Source of the DNA: an uncultured Nitrospinota bacterium
GTDB taxonomy: Bacteria > Nitrospinota > Nitrospinia > CAJXCL01
Direction of reading: 5' to 3'
NCBI GenBank assembly: GCA_964394335.1
Contig: CAYMVZ010000002.1
Location: 1 to 60,619 of the forward strand
Length of the DNA: 60,619 nt
This document shows positions 41,561 through 50,987 of the stretch, piece by piece. Under the pieces are notes generated by a model. It did not search any database. It was not told the origin of the DNA and worked only from the letters and a program-made list of their open reading frames with translations. Position 1 is the stretch's first letter; each line of letters begins with the position of its first letter. The position numbers were made by a program, and so were the translations under genes.

Positions 41561-42021
41561 TAAATATTGTCTCTCCACCTAAAATTAATATCACAAAGTC
41601 TTTGAGACAAAATAGAGCAAATGTTTCGCATCATTAAATATCCTATGTGGTTGTCCCTATCAAAAAGTTTATATAGTTTTTCACCATCAATTATAAGCAT
41701 AGAAATTTTATCCAGAGCAATAGCGCAAGCCGACCTGCGCTCCCCTTCAAGAAAAGATATTTCCCCAAAAATTTCACCGTCTCGTAGCGTTGTTAGACGC
41801 CTTCTTGAGCTTCCAGAAGATTGAGATGAAGGCGCTTTTTTTTCAACGGTTACTCTTCCTTCCAAAATGACATAAATATCTGAGCCTTTACTATCTTCCT
41901 CAATAATAACCTCTTCTTCGTCGTATTTTTTTTCAATGCAAAGTAGTAGAATTTTATCCAATTCATCAGAACTTAATCCTTCAAAAATCTTAAACCCAGA
42001 AATTTTTTCTTTGAGAGACAC
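41560..42021 (-). CDS. Stand-alone cyclic-nucleotide-binding domain protein (GTG 42021 preferred)
   Basis: IFEGLS..EL, IYVILEGRV, FGEISFL, RRSA; G-rich RBS just upstream; no HTH. Confidence 0.88.
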   Translation of the reverse strand: MSLKEKISGFKIFEGLSSDELDKILLLCIEKKYDEEEVIIEEDSKGSDIYVILEGRVTVEKKAPSSQSSGSSRRRLTTLRDGEIFGEISFLEGERRSACAIALDKISMLIIDGEKLYKLFDRDNHIGYLMMRNICSILSQRLCDINFRWRDNI

Positions 42022-42048
42022 AGATTTTCCCCCTTCAAGAATCACTAA

Positions 42049-42064
42049 CGCACTTTTAATGCCA
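42049..42064 (-). promoter_or_regulatory. Putative sigma54 promoter for the cNMP-HK-RR-FliL2-deoB run
   Basis: TGGCAT-TAAAA-GTGCG, GG-N10-GC; ATAATGGCAT identical to the motA promoter. Confidence 0.55.
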
Positions 42065-42211
42065 TTATATCAAAATTATTTGATTTGCAAAACCCCATCC
42101 GAGTCGATAGCCGAAAAAAATCCCCTTAAAAAATAATCACTTACGTATCTTAATATTAATTACGGCTACACAGGCTATCAAAGGATTGATGAAAAAAAAT
42201 CCGTCAGGTTC

Positions 42212-42376
42212 CTACAATCTCGTATAAACATCTGCGGATTTAGTGTTTTTCATTTTACAGTATGGACATTCAAAAGATCCTTTTAATCTAATACTTTCTT
42301 CCACCTCAGAACGTGAAACTGATATATTTTTATGGCATTTTCTGCACGGAAACGCAATTTTTTTCCCCTCGTTCAT
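42212..42376 (-). CDS. 54-aa Zn-ribbon/rubredoxin-like microprotein (not in ORF track)
   Basis: MNEGKKIAFPCRKCHKNISVSRSEVEESIRLKGSFECPYCKMKNTKSADVYTRL; two CxxC; ATG 1 nt after the ACAD stop; AAGGA upstream. Confidence 0.75.
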   Translation of the reverse strand: MNEGKKIAFPCRKCHKNISVSRSEVEESIRLKGSFECPYCKMKNTKSADVYTRL

Positions 42377-42377
42377 A

Positions 42378-43532
42378 TTAATAAGTTCCTTTTTTAATTA
42401 ATTCTTTTGCTATCACAATTTTTTGGATCTCATTAGTTCCTTCAAATATCCGGTTAATACGGGAATCACGGTAAAAGCGCTCCACCGGATAATGGCTCAT
42501 ATATCCCAAGCCTCCATGTATTTGCATAGCCGAGTCAACGATCCAATCCAGAGCTTCAGAGCAGAATACTTTTACAATAGCGGATTCACGCGAAAACTTT
42601 TCTCCATTATCCACCATATTTGCAGTTCTGTACACCATTCCTTCCATTGCGTAAATTTTTGTGTTCATCTCCGCTAAGATAAATTGAACTGCCTGATGCT
42701 CACATATCGGGATATTAAACTGCTTTCTTTCTTTGGCAAATTTTAAAGATAAATCCAGCAGCTCTTTAGAAGCACCAAGAGAGGCTGCCCCCAGGCTGAG
42801 TCGTCCAACATCAAGCGCCTTCATTGCGGTAATAAAACCTGCGCCATAAACTCCCAACATATTATCCATAGAAACTTTCATATCTTCAAATATTAATTCA
42901 GCTGTAGTGGAACCTCTAATACCCATTTTTTCTTCAATAGTTCCAACTTTAAAACCTGGGGTACTGGACTCAACAATAAAAGCGGATACTCCGCCACGCG
43001 CGCCCTTTGCAGGGTCTGTTACAGCAAAAACAACAATAATATCGGCATTGCTGCCATTAGTAATCCATATTTTGGTGCCATTGATTACAAAATAATCTCC
43101 ATCCCGAACAGCCGAAGTTTGAATGGATGCAGCATCGGATCCGGCTTGCGGTTCTGTCAGAGCAAAAGCTCCAAGCTTTTCCCCCTTTGCCAGAGGAACT
43201 AAGTAGTTCTCTTTCTGTTCATCAGTTCCATCAAAGAAAATAGAAGAACAAGCAAGACTCTGGTGGGCAGATATTGTAACAGCCGTGCTTGCACAACCAT
43301 GACCCAACTCTTCCAGCATAATGCAAGCACCGGTCTCGCCCAGTTCAGAACCGCCATATTCTTCTGGGAAAGGAATTCCCATTAAGCCAAGTTCAGCTGC
43401 TTTTTTTAACAACTCGTCAGGAATTTCTTTTTCCTTATCTATCTTAGCGGCAAGTGGTTTGACGTCCTGGTCAACGAATTTCCTCACCATAGCGCGCAAC
43501 ATGTTATGTTCTTCCGTAAACTTAAAATCCAC
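42378..43532 (-). CDS. Acyl-CoA dehydrogenase (short-chain type)
   Basis: FALTEPQAGSDA, KIWITNG, KMGIRGS, RKQF, IFEGTNEIQ. Confidence 0.95.
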   Translation of the reverse strand: MDFKFTEEHNMLRAMVRKFVDQDVKPLAAKIDKEKEIPDELLKKAAELGLMGIPFPEEYGGSELGETGACIMLEELGHGCASTAVTISAHQSLACSSIFFDGTDEQKENYLVPLAKGEKLGAFALTEPQAGSDAASIQTSAVRDGDYFVINGTKIWITNGSNADIIVVFAVTDPAKGARGGVSAFIVESSTPGFKVGTIEEKMGIRGSTTAELIFEDMKVSMDNMLGVYGAGFITAMKALDVGRLSLGAASLGASKELLDLSLKFAKERKQFNIPICEHQAVQFILAEMNTKIYAMEGMVYRTANMVDNGEKFSRESAIVKVFCSEALDWIVDSAMQIHGGLGYMSHYPVERFYRDSRINRIFEGTNEIQKIVIAKELIKKGTY

Positions 43533-43585
43533 CCTTCCCTCTAAATCCGCAGGTTTTTAGATAATAGCTTAATGTAGAAATCAAT

Positions 43586-44371
43586 TCACATGTCCTTAAA
43601 TTTTGGTTGGCGCTTTTCGAGGAATGCGGCAACTCCCTCTTTCTTGTCCTCTGATTCGCATATTTTCCCAAACATTTCAGATTCTATTTTGAGCCCTTCT
43701 TCCAGAGATGTTTTTAGGCCTTGATTTATAGCCTTCAGCGCAGCGGCAATCGCCAATTTTCCTTTAGATATAATTCGTTTTGCGAGTCCCTTTGCTTGTT
43801 TCAAGACGTCGTCCGGAGGCACAATTTTATCTACAAGACCTATCCTGTGAGCCTCTTTTGCAGTTATCATATCTCCCGTTAAAATGATCTCTGCTGCTTT
43901 TCCCGGTCCTACTAAACGGGGAAGTCTCTGCGATCCCCCAAAACCAGGTATTATTCCGAGATTAATTTCCGGCTGCCCCAGTTTTGTCATATCACTAGCG
44001 ATTCTCATATGGCACGCCATTGCCAATTCACATCCCCCTCCGAGAGCCAGACCGTTGATAGCCGCGATAAAAGGTTTTTCCGAGTTTTCAATTTTATTCA
44101 ATACCGCCTGACCTTTAGCAGTCAGAGCCTGTCCTGTTTTAGTATCAGTTATGTCTGCAATTTCTTTTATATCCGCCCCCGCCACGAAAATAACACCGCC
44201 GGTCCCTGTTATAATAGCTGCTTTTATTTCCTTATCTTTCAGAACCATATCTACAGATTCTTCCAATTCTTCCATAACTTTACTGCTAAGAGCGTTTGCA
44301 GGTGGGTTATTTATCGCAATGACGGCGATTTTGTTTTCAGATGAAAAATTAATAAATTTAAAATTAGACAT
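43586..44371 (-). CDS. Enoyl-CoA hydratase/crotonase
   Basis: FVAGADI, GLALGGGCELAMAC, PEINLGIIPGFGG. Confidence 0.94.
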   Translation of the reverse strand: MSNFKFINFSSENKIAVIAINNPPANALSSKVMEELEESVDMVLKDKEIKAAIITGTGGVIFVAGADIKEIADITDTKTGQALTAKGQAVLNKIENSEKPFIAAINGLALGGGCELAMACHMRIASDMTKLGQPEINLGIIPGFGGSQRLPRLVGPGKAAEIILTGDMITAKEAHRIGLVDKIVPPDDVLKQAKGLAKRIISKGKLAIAAALKAINQGLKTSLEEGLKIESEMFGKICESEDKKEGVAAFLEKRQPKFKDM

Positions 44372-44469
44372 TAATAGCCTTTAAAGCAGATTTTTAATGG
44401 TTACATTATAAATTTAGTAGATTTTAATATCAACGACATTAAAAACAGTGTTTAACAGGAAGGAACTGT

Positions 44470-45390
44470 TTACGAAACAGACAGCATTTTTTCCAGAGCA
44501 GAATTAGCCTTGATTTGAATATTCTTTGGCACAGTAACGTGATGTTTTTCATCCTCCAAAGCTTCCAAAACATCTTCCAAAGTTGTTACTTTCATGTTTG
44601 GGCAGATTTGCTCATTTGATGGGAAATAAAATTCCTTTTTCGGGTTCTCTTTTCTTAGCCTGTACCCGATTCCGATCTCCGTTCCTACAATAATTTCATT
44701 ATGAGAGCATTCCCGGGCAAATTTAATCATCCCGGAAGTACTGGCTATGTGATGGGCAAGGTTCAATACTTCAGGAGTGCATTCAGGGTGTGCCATAAAA
44801 ACTGCCTTTGGATGTTCTTTCATCGTTTTTCGTACACTCTCTTCTTTTATAAAGTTATGGTGGGTGGGACAAAAACCTTTCCAGGGGATAACTGTCTTTT
44901 GGGTAAAACGTTGAGCATATTTCGCGAGATTCATGTCCGGAATCATCAAAACTTGTTTTCTACCATTTAACGATTCTACTACTTTAACGACATTAGATGA
45001 CGTGCAACATATATCGCTTTCCGCCTTGACGTCAGCGGTTGAGTTTACATAACACACGACAATCGCATCGGGATAGATTTTTTTTACCTCCCTTAATTTT
45101 TGTACGGTTACCATATCCGCCATAGGACATCCTGCTTCAAGATTAGGAAGCAAAACCTTTTTAGCAGGAGATAAAATTGCCGCGCTTTCCGCCATAAAAT
45201 GAACGCCGCAAAAAACAATGATCTCTGCGTTTGTTTCAGCCGCTGCCCGGCTCAAGCCTAAAGAATCGCCGGCAATATCAGCAATCTCCTGAATTTCATC
45301 TCTCTGATAGTTATGCGCCAGCAACACGGCGTTCTTTTCTTTCAAGAGGGCCCGGATATCCTTTTTCAGCTTGTCATCATTGTCTGTCAT
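44470..45390 (-). CDS. nadA: Quinolinate synthase
   Basis: LAHNYQ, FCGVHFMAE, GCPMA, YVNS, CCTSSN, CPTH, HPEC, CPNM. Confidence 0.97.
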   Translation of the reverse strand: MTDNDDKLKKDIRALLKEKNAVLLAHNYQRDEIQEIADIAGDSLGLSRAAAETNAEIIVFCGVHFMAESAAILSPAKKVLLPNLEAGCPMADMVTVQKLREVKKIYPDAIVVCYVNSTADVKAESDICCTSSNVVKVVESLNGRKQVLMIPDMNLAKYAQRFTQKTVIPWKGFCPTHHNFIKEESVRKTMKEHPKAVFMAHPECTPEVLNLAHHIASTSGMIKFARECSHNEIIVGTEIGIGYRLRKENPKKEFYFPSNEQICPNMKVTTLEDVLEALEDEKHHVTVPKNIQIKANSALEKMLSVS

Positions 45391-45433
45391 GTTGACATTA
45401 TATTATGAAATCTGATATAAAAGAAAGTTTATT

Positions 45434-46762
45434 ATGTTTAAGAATCTATCTGATCGGTTAGAACCGATTCTAAAAAAATTAAAGGGACGAGGCAAGCTAA
45501 ACGAAGAAAATATCAGGGAATCCCTTCGTGAAATCAGGATAGCTTTGCTGGAAGCCGACGTAAATTTTCAGATCGCTAAAGGTTTTATTGCGCGAATCGC
45601 TGAGAAAGCTGTTGGATCTGAGGTAATGGATAGTTTGACACCCGGACATCAGGTTGTCAAGATTGTCCATGAAGAGCTTATTCATTTATTGGGTTTCGAA
45701 TCATCACAGATAACTTTTTCCGGAGAACCGACAACTATTATTTTAATGGTTGGTTTGCAGGGATCCGGCAAAACAACCTCCGCTGGTAAATTAGCTAAGA
45801 AATTCAAAGATGAGGGAAAAAAACCTTTTTTGGTTCCCGCTGATGTTTATCGACCTGCCGCAATAGAACAGTTAAATATTTTAGGTGAAAAGCTTGATAC
45901 TGATGTATTTGCCACTAATGATCAAAAGGACCCTGTCGAAATTTGCAGGAATGCCTGTGAAGAAGCGTTAGAAAAGGGCTTAAACCCAGTTATTATCGAC
46001 ACCGCAGGGAGGCTGCATATTGATGAGAAGTTAATGGAGGAATTAAAAAATATTAAAATTGAGATTCAACCTCATGAGATTTTATTGGTAGCCGACGCCA
46101 TGACGGGGCAGGAAGCGGTGAATATAGCCCAATCTTTCGATAGCAGCCTAGGGATCGACGGGATTATATTAACAAAGATGGATGGGGACGCGCGGGGCGG
46201 GGCGGCTTTGTCCATAAAAGAAATCACGGGAAAACCAATAAAATTTATTGGCGTTGGAGAAAAATTAGAGGCCTTGGAAGTTTTTCATCCTGATAGGTTG
46301 GCATCGAGGATTTTAGGAATGGGAGACGTCCTTTCATTAATTGAAAAAGCAGAATCTAATGTCTCTATTGATTCCGCCAAAGATCTCTATAAAAAAATTA
46401 AAAAAGATAGTTTTTCTCTTGTGGATTTTAAAAACCAGTTAGCGCAAATGAAAAAAATGGGTCCGTTGGATCAGCTAATGGGAATGTTGCCTGGGATGAA
46501 GGGGTTAAAAAATATTAAAATTGATGATAAAGCCCTTGTCAGGACGGAAGCAATCATTAATTCTATGACATCTCAAGAAAGATTAAAGCATCAAATTCTT
46601 AATGGAAACAGAAAAAAGAGGATTGCAAAAGGAAGTGGAACTCATGTTTCCGATGTAAACAGGCTTTTAAAGCAGTTTGTACCATCTAAAAAAATGATGA
46701 ATAAATTTTCTAAAATGAACTTGAAAAACGGTTTAGGAATGGGAAACATGATTCCCTTTTGA
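45434..46762 (+). CDS. ffh: Signal recognition particle protein
   Basis: GLQGSGKTT, DVYRPAA, DTAGR, TKMDGDARGG, RILGMGD, M-domain. Confidence 0.98.
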   Translation: MFKNLSDRLEPILKKLKGRGKLNEENIRESLREIRIALLEADVNFQIAKGFIARIAEKAVGSEVMDSLTPGHQVVKIVHEELIHLLGFESSQITFSGEPTTIILMVGLQGSGKTTSAGKLAKKFKDEGKKPFLVPADVYRPAAIEQLNILGEKLDTDVFATNDQKDPVEICRNACEEALEKGLNPVIIDTAGRLHIDEKLMEELKNIKIEIQPHEILLVADAMTGQEAVNIAQSFDSSLGIDGIILTKMDGDARGGAALSIKEITGKPIKFIGVGEKLEALEVFHPDRLASRILGMGDVLSLIEKAESNVSIDSAKDLYKKIKKDSFSLVDFKNQLAQMKKMGPLDQLMGMLPGMKGLKNIKIDDKALVRTEAIINSMTSQERLKHQILNGNRKKRIAKGSGTHVSDVNRLLKQFVPSKKMMNKFSKMNLKNGLGMGNMIPF

Positions 46763-46831
46763 ATACAATGGTGGATGAGTAGATGTGTTGCCCACCCTTT
46801 TACTCATCAGCAAAAAGAAGGAGGTGGTTCA

Positions 46832-47077
46832 GTGCCAGTAGTAATGCGGTTAGCGAGATATGGAGCAAAAAAGAAGCCTTTTTATCGAGTAGTTGTAGCA
46901 GATTCAAGGTCACCAAGAGATGGACGTTTTTTGGAAATCGTTGGAACATACAATCCCCTGATTGAAAAAGAAAACATTAAAATCGACCAGGAAAAAGCAA
47001 CTTCATGGTTAAAAAAAGGAGCCTTGCCATCGAAAACGGTTAAAAGTTTATTTAAAAAAAATGGAATTGAAATATGA
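46832..47077 (+). CDS. rpsP: Ribosomal protein S16 (GTG 46832)
   Basis: [28 protein letters not shown]; AGGAGGT RBS 6 nt upstream. Confidence 0.97.
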   Translation: MPVVMRLARYGAKKKPFYRVVVADSRSPRDGRFLEIVGTYNPLIEKENIKIDQEKATSWLKKGALPSKTVKSLFKKNGIEI

Positions 47078-47304
47078 AGGAATTAATCGAATTTATAGCT
47101 AAGTCTTTAGTCGAGAATTTGGAACAGGTGGAGGTCCGCGAAGTTCAGGGTGATAGAACCACCATTATTGAACTGAAAGTTGCCCAGGAAGATATGGGAA
47201 AAATCATTGGTAAGCAAGGTAAAACGGCAAGATCCATTCGAACTCTTCTCAATGCAACAGCTGCAAAGGTAAAAAAGAAGGCTGTTTTAGAAATTTTGGA
47301 ATGA
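47074..47304 (+). CDS. khpA: KH-domain RNA-binding protein
   Basis: [17 protein letters not shown]; between rpsP and rimM. Confidence 0.92.
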   Translation: MKELIEFIAKSLVENLEQVEVREVQGDRTTIIELKVAQEDMGKIIGKQGKTARSIRTLLNATAAKVKKKAVLEILE

Positions 47305-47810
47305 AGAAAGAATTAATTCCCATCGGCAAGATTGTTAAGTGCCAGGGGAATAAAGGCCATGTCCGGTTATTTCCTTTCATTGAAGATCTTGCGCTGAATG
47401 AATACGCAGGAGAAATTTCTACCAGTGACTCATCAGGGATAGTTTTAAAAAGAAAAATCGCTTCCATAAGACCTAACAAAAAATTTTGGATTATTCATTT
47501 TGAAGGCGTCAACAGTATCGATGAAGCGCAACCTCTTGTAGGACAAAAAGTGGCTGTCAATAAAACCTTTTTCCGGAAACTCCCTGCGGGAAATTATTAT
47601 TGGTTTGAAATATTAGGGCTCGACGTTTATGATGAAAAAGATGATTTTCTTGGAACAATTGATAATTTCTTTTCCACCGGCGGTAATGATGTGTATGTAG
47701 TCAAAAAGGATAAAAGGAAGGAATTCTTTATTCCGGCAATCAAAGAAATTGTAAAACAAATTGATTTAAAAGAAAATAAAATGGTCATTCGTTTGGCAAA
47801 TGGTTTATGA
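47301..47810 (+). CDS. rimM: Ribosome maturation factor RimM
   Basis: [33 protein letters not shown]. Confidence 0.93.
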   Translation: MKKELIPIGKIVKCQGNKGHVRLFPFIEDLALNEYAGEISTSDSSGIVLKRKIASIRPNKKFWIIHFEGVNSIDEAQPLVGQKVAVNKTFFRKLPAGNYYWFEILGLDVYDEKDDFLGTIDNFFSTGGNDVYVVKKDKRKEFFIPAIKEIVKQIDLKENKMVIRLANGL

Positions 47811-48541
47811 CATATATTGAGTTTAACATAGTTACTATTTTCCCTGAGATGTTTAAAACTTCTTTGAATGAGAGCATCCTTAAAAAAGCTCAGGAAAAAA
47901 GTCTTTTTAAAATTAACTTGTTCAATTTACGTGATTTTGCGGAAGGAAAGCATAAAGTTACTGATGACTATCCTTATGGCGGGGGTGGCGGGATGATAAT
48001 GAAACCCGAGCCCATTGTAAAGGCCATTGAATCAATTAAAGCTGAAAAACCGAAGAGTAAAGTAATTCTTATGACGCCTCAAGGGAAAACACTCAACCAG
48101 GCTTATGCTAAAACACTGTCTAAAGTACAATCATGGATTATCATATGCTGTCATTATGAGGGGGTTGACGAAAGAGTGCGGCAGCATTTTGTTGATGAAG
48201 AAATTTCAATAGGAGATTATATACTAACGGGAGGAGAAATTCCTGCTATGGTGTTAATTGATGTTCTGGTCCGGTATATTCCTGGAGTCATTGGGGGTAA
48301 AAAAGCCGTTGAAAACGATTCTTTTTTTAACTCACTTTTAGAGTATCCTCAATATACCAGGCCGTCCAATTTCCGCGGACTGCAAGTACCGGAAGTACTC
48401 CTTTCAGGAAATGAGAAGCATATTAAGGATTGGCATCACAAGCAGGCTTTAAAAAGAACATTCGAGAGACGGCCGGATCTTTTGGCAAAGACCAAACTGA
48501 ACGAGGAAGATACGCAATATCTTCATACAATACGGAAATAA
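47807..48541 (+). CDS. trmD: tRNA (m1G37) methyltransferase
   Basis: DDYPYGGGGGM, YEGVDERV, SIGDYILTGGE, LEYPQYTRP. Confidence 0.97.
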   Translation: MTYIEFNIVTIFPEMFKTSLNESILKKAQEKSLFKINLFNLRDFAEGKHKVTDDYPYGGGGGMIMKPEPIVKAIESIKAEKPKSKVILMTPQGKTLNQAYAKTLSKVQSWIIICCHYEGVDERVRQHFVDEEISIGDYILTGGEIPAMVLIDVLVRYIPGVIGGKKAVENDSFFNSLLEYPQYTRPSNFRGLQVPEVLLSGNEKHIKDWHHKQALKRTFERRPDLLAKTKLNEEDTQYLHTIRK

Positions 48542-48542
48542 T

Positions 48543-49112
48543 ATGTGTAAGAATTATGCAAATGTCTCTTTGATTCTCACACATTATCCCGTTTATAACA
48601 AAAATCAGGAGGTTGTAGTCTCTTCAATAACTACTCTTGATATACATGATCTTTCAAGAATTGCTAAAACCTATGGGCTTGGGACATTTTATATTGTTAC
48701 ACCGCTAAAATCGCAGATAGATTTAATTGAAAAAGTATGTTCACATTGGAAAACAGGGTTCGGCGCCAGTTATAATCCAACTCGGAATGAAGCATTCGGC
48801 AACATTTGTGTAGCTGATAACCTGGATTGCGCTTTTCGACTAATTATGGATCGCGAAGGTAAACCACCAAAAGTTATCGCTACGGGCGCGAGGAAATTTC
48901 AAAATTCGATTAAGTTTCATGAGATGAGGAAAAAAATTAATCTCAATGATCCTTTTGCAATTCTTCTTGGAACCGGTTGGGGGCTCGAAGAAAGTGTTGT
49001 TATGAAAGCAGACTATATCCTGGAACCTATTAAAGGCATTGGAAATTATAATCATCTTCCGGTGAGAGGTGCAGCAGCTATAATCGTTGATCGTTTATTA
49101 ACAAGGGAATAA
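48543..49112 (+). CDS. SPOUT RNA methyltransferase-like protein (Methyltrn_RNA_4/DUF2168-like)
   Basis: [44 protein letters not shown]. Confidence 0.8.
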   Translation: MCKNYANVSLILTHYPVYNKNQEVVVSSITTLDIHDLSRIAKTYGLGTFYIVTPLKSQIDLIEKVCSHWKTGFGASYNPTRNEAFGNICVADNLDCAFRLIMDREGKPPKVIATGARKFQNSIKFHEMRKKINLNDPFAILLGTGWGLEESVVMKADYILEPIKGIGNYNHLPVRGAAAIIVDRLLTRE

Positions 49113-49125
49113 GGAGAAATATAAA

Positions 49126-49485
49126 ATGAACGCTATTGAAAAAATAGAATCAGAACAATTAAAGAAGAAAAGAATTTCCTCGTTTAAGGCGGGTGATACA
49201 GTTCGTGTCCACTTAAAAATTAAAGAAGGAGAAAAAGAACGGATTCAAGTTTTTGAAGGGGTGGTTATTGCTAAAAAACATGGGGGAGCCCGTGAAACTT
49301 TTCTGGTAAGAAAAGTCTCCTTTGGTGTTGGAGTAGAGAGAATATTCCCGCTCCATTCACCGAGAATAGAAAAAATTGTTGTCGTACGAAAAGGGAAAGT
49401 ACGTCGCGCGAAACTTTATTACTTGAGAAATCTTAAAGGAAAAGCCGCCAGAATTAAGGAAGCAAGTAAAGTCAACCAGAAATAA
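49126..49485 (+). CDS. rplS: Ribosomal protein L19
   Basis: [29 protein letters not shown]. Confidence 0.98.
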   Translation: MNAIEKIESEQLKKKRISSFKAGDTVRVHLKIKEGEKERIQVFEGVVIAKKHGGARETFLVRKVSFGVGVERIFPLHSPRIEKIVVVRKGKVRRAKLYYLRNLKGKAARIKEASKVNQK

Positions 49486-49514
49486 GATTTAGTTCTAAAA
49501 TTATTTTTTGATAG

Positions 49515-50129
49515 ATGAACTTTGACATTATAATGTGGCACTATGAAAACGAGACAAGAAAGCAGGGCCACAAAATAATTGCAGGCATAGATGAAGCGGG
49601 AAGGGGTCCCCTGGCAGGACCTGTAGTAGCAGCGTCTGTTATTTTACCAGAAAATTGTCGAGTCGAAGGGCTGAATGACTCTAAAAAATTATCAGAAAAA
49701 AAAAGGAATCTGATTTTTCAAATTATTCGGCAAAAAGCAGTTGCAATCGGCATAGGGATAACTTATGAAAACATAATAGACCAAATAAATATTTTGCAAG
49801 CTGCAAAAGTTGCCATGGAGGATTCTGTTTCCCGATTAAGCTGCAAGCCTGATTTTCTTTTAATCGATGGCAATCAGAAAATACTTTCTACTATACCTCA
49901 ACTTACTATCATAAAAGGAGACGCATTAAGCGCATCCATTGCAGCAGCTTCTGTTATAGCAAAAGTAACCAGAGATAAAATGATGATTCAATATGATGAT
50001 ATTTACCCTCAATATGGATTCAGAAAACACAAAGGTTACGGAACGCAAGATCATTTAAAAAGCATTAGCAAGTTTGGACCCTGCAAAATTCACCGCAAAA
50101 CATTTAAAAGTGTAAAAGAATACTGTTAA
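49515..50129 (+). CDS. rnhB: Ribonuclease HII
   Basis: GIDEAGRGPLAGPV, NDSK, LIDG, SIAAASVIAKVTRD, HKGYGT. Confidence 0.97.
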   Translation: MNFDIIMWHYENETRKQGHKIIAGIDEAGRGPLAGPVVAASVILPENCRVEGLNDSKKLSEKKRNLIFQIIRQKAVAIGIGITYENIIDQINILQAAKVAMEDSVSRLSCKPDFLLIDGNQKILSTIPQLTIIKGDALSASIAAASVIAKVTRDKMMIQYDDIYPQYGFRKHKGYGTQDHLKSISKFGPCKIHRKTFKSVKEYC

Positions 50130-50224
50130 AATGAATGAAACAAAGGAAAAATCGCGCATTCTACTTTGGCTCTCGGTCTTTTTTTCTGCTGGTAAAAGGA
50201 TTAAAAATATATTAAATTATTAGT

Positions 50225-50971
50225 ATGAAGGGACAATTTTCACTATTTGTAGCCGCAAGTTTAATATTTCAAATATGGATGTTTATTGACTGCTTGAAGC
50301 GCAAGGAAAATTTCTTCTGGATTCTGATCATTATACTGTTTGGTCCTGTTGGCGCTGCTCTTTATTTGTTTTTTGTCAAACTTTCCGGTAGCAGCGTAAA
50401 AATTAAAACCACTATCAAGGATACAGAAGAAGTTGAAAATTTAAAAACCCTGATAAAAATGCATGGCAAAGCTTATCATTACAATGAACTTGGTGATATT
50501 TATTTAAAGCGGGGTGATCTGCAGGAAGCTAAAGAATGCTACGAAAAAGCGGTAAAAAAAGACCAAAGCATGCTAAACGCCCAATATGGTCTGTCAAAAT
50601 GTCTACATGGGGCAGGGAAATATTTGGAGGCAGCTTATGTCCTGGAAGACCTTGTAGCAAAAGACCGGAAACATGATTATGGAAATGCGCTTTTTGGCTT
50701 GGCAGAAAGCTACCGCCTTTCAGGGGAGGACGATAAAGCAATAAAAGTGTATGAGGACCTTTTTAAGGCATATTCCTTTTTCAGAGGTTATTATGAATAT
50801 GCAATGCTCCTTGTAAAAAAAGGACGATTGGACGACGCCATTAAATCTATGCGAACTCTTATTAATAATGCCGGTACATTACCGGATTACAAATACCAGC
50901 AGGAAAAAATCTGGATTGATAAAGCCCATAAATTCTTACGCCGTTACCAAAAAAACCCGGGTTCTCTTTGA
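50225..50971 (+). CDS. Membrane-anchored TPR protein (PLDc_N-like anchor)
   Basis: WMFIDCLKR...WILIIILFGPVGAALYLF then TPRs. Confidence 0.7.
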   Translation: MKGQFSLFVAASLIFQIWMFIDCLKRKENFFWILIIILFGPVGAALYLFFVKLSGSSVKIKTTIKDTEEVENLKTLIKMHGKAYHYNELGDIYLKRGDLQEAKECYEKAVKKDQSMLNAQYGLSKCLHGAGKYLEAAYVLEDLVAKDRKHDYGNALFGLAESYRLSGEDDKAIKVYEDLFKAYSFFRGYYEYAMLLVKKGRLDDAIKSMRTLINNAGTLPDYKYQQEKIWIDKAHKFLRRYQKNPGSL

Positions 50972-50987
50972 TTTTGCGTAATTAATA

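Noticed and set aside
42334-42347. Plus-strand TGGCA..TGCA as a sigma54 site
   Set aside because: Spacing is GG-N8-GC, and it lies antisense within the Zn-ribbon ORF.
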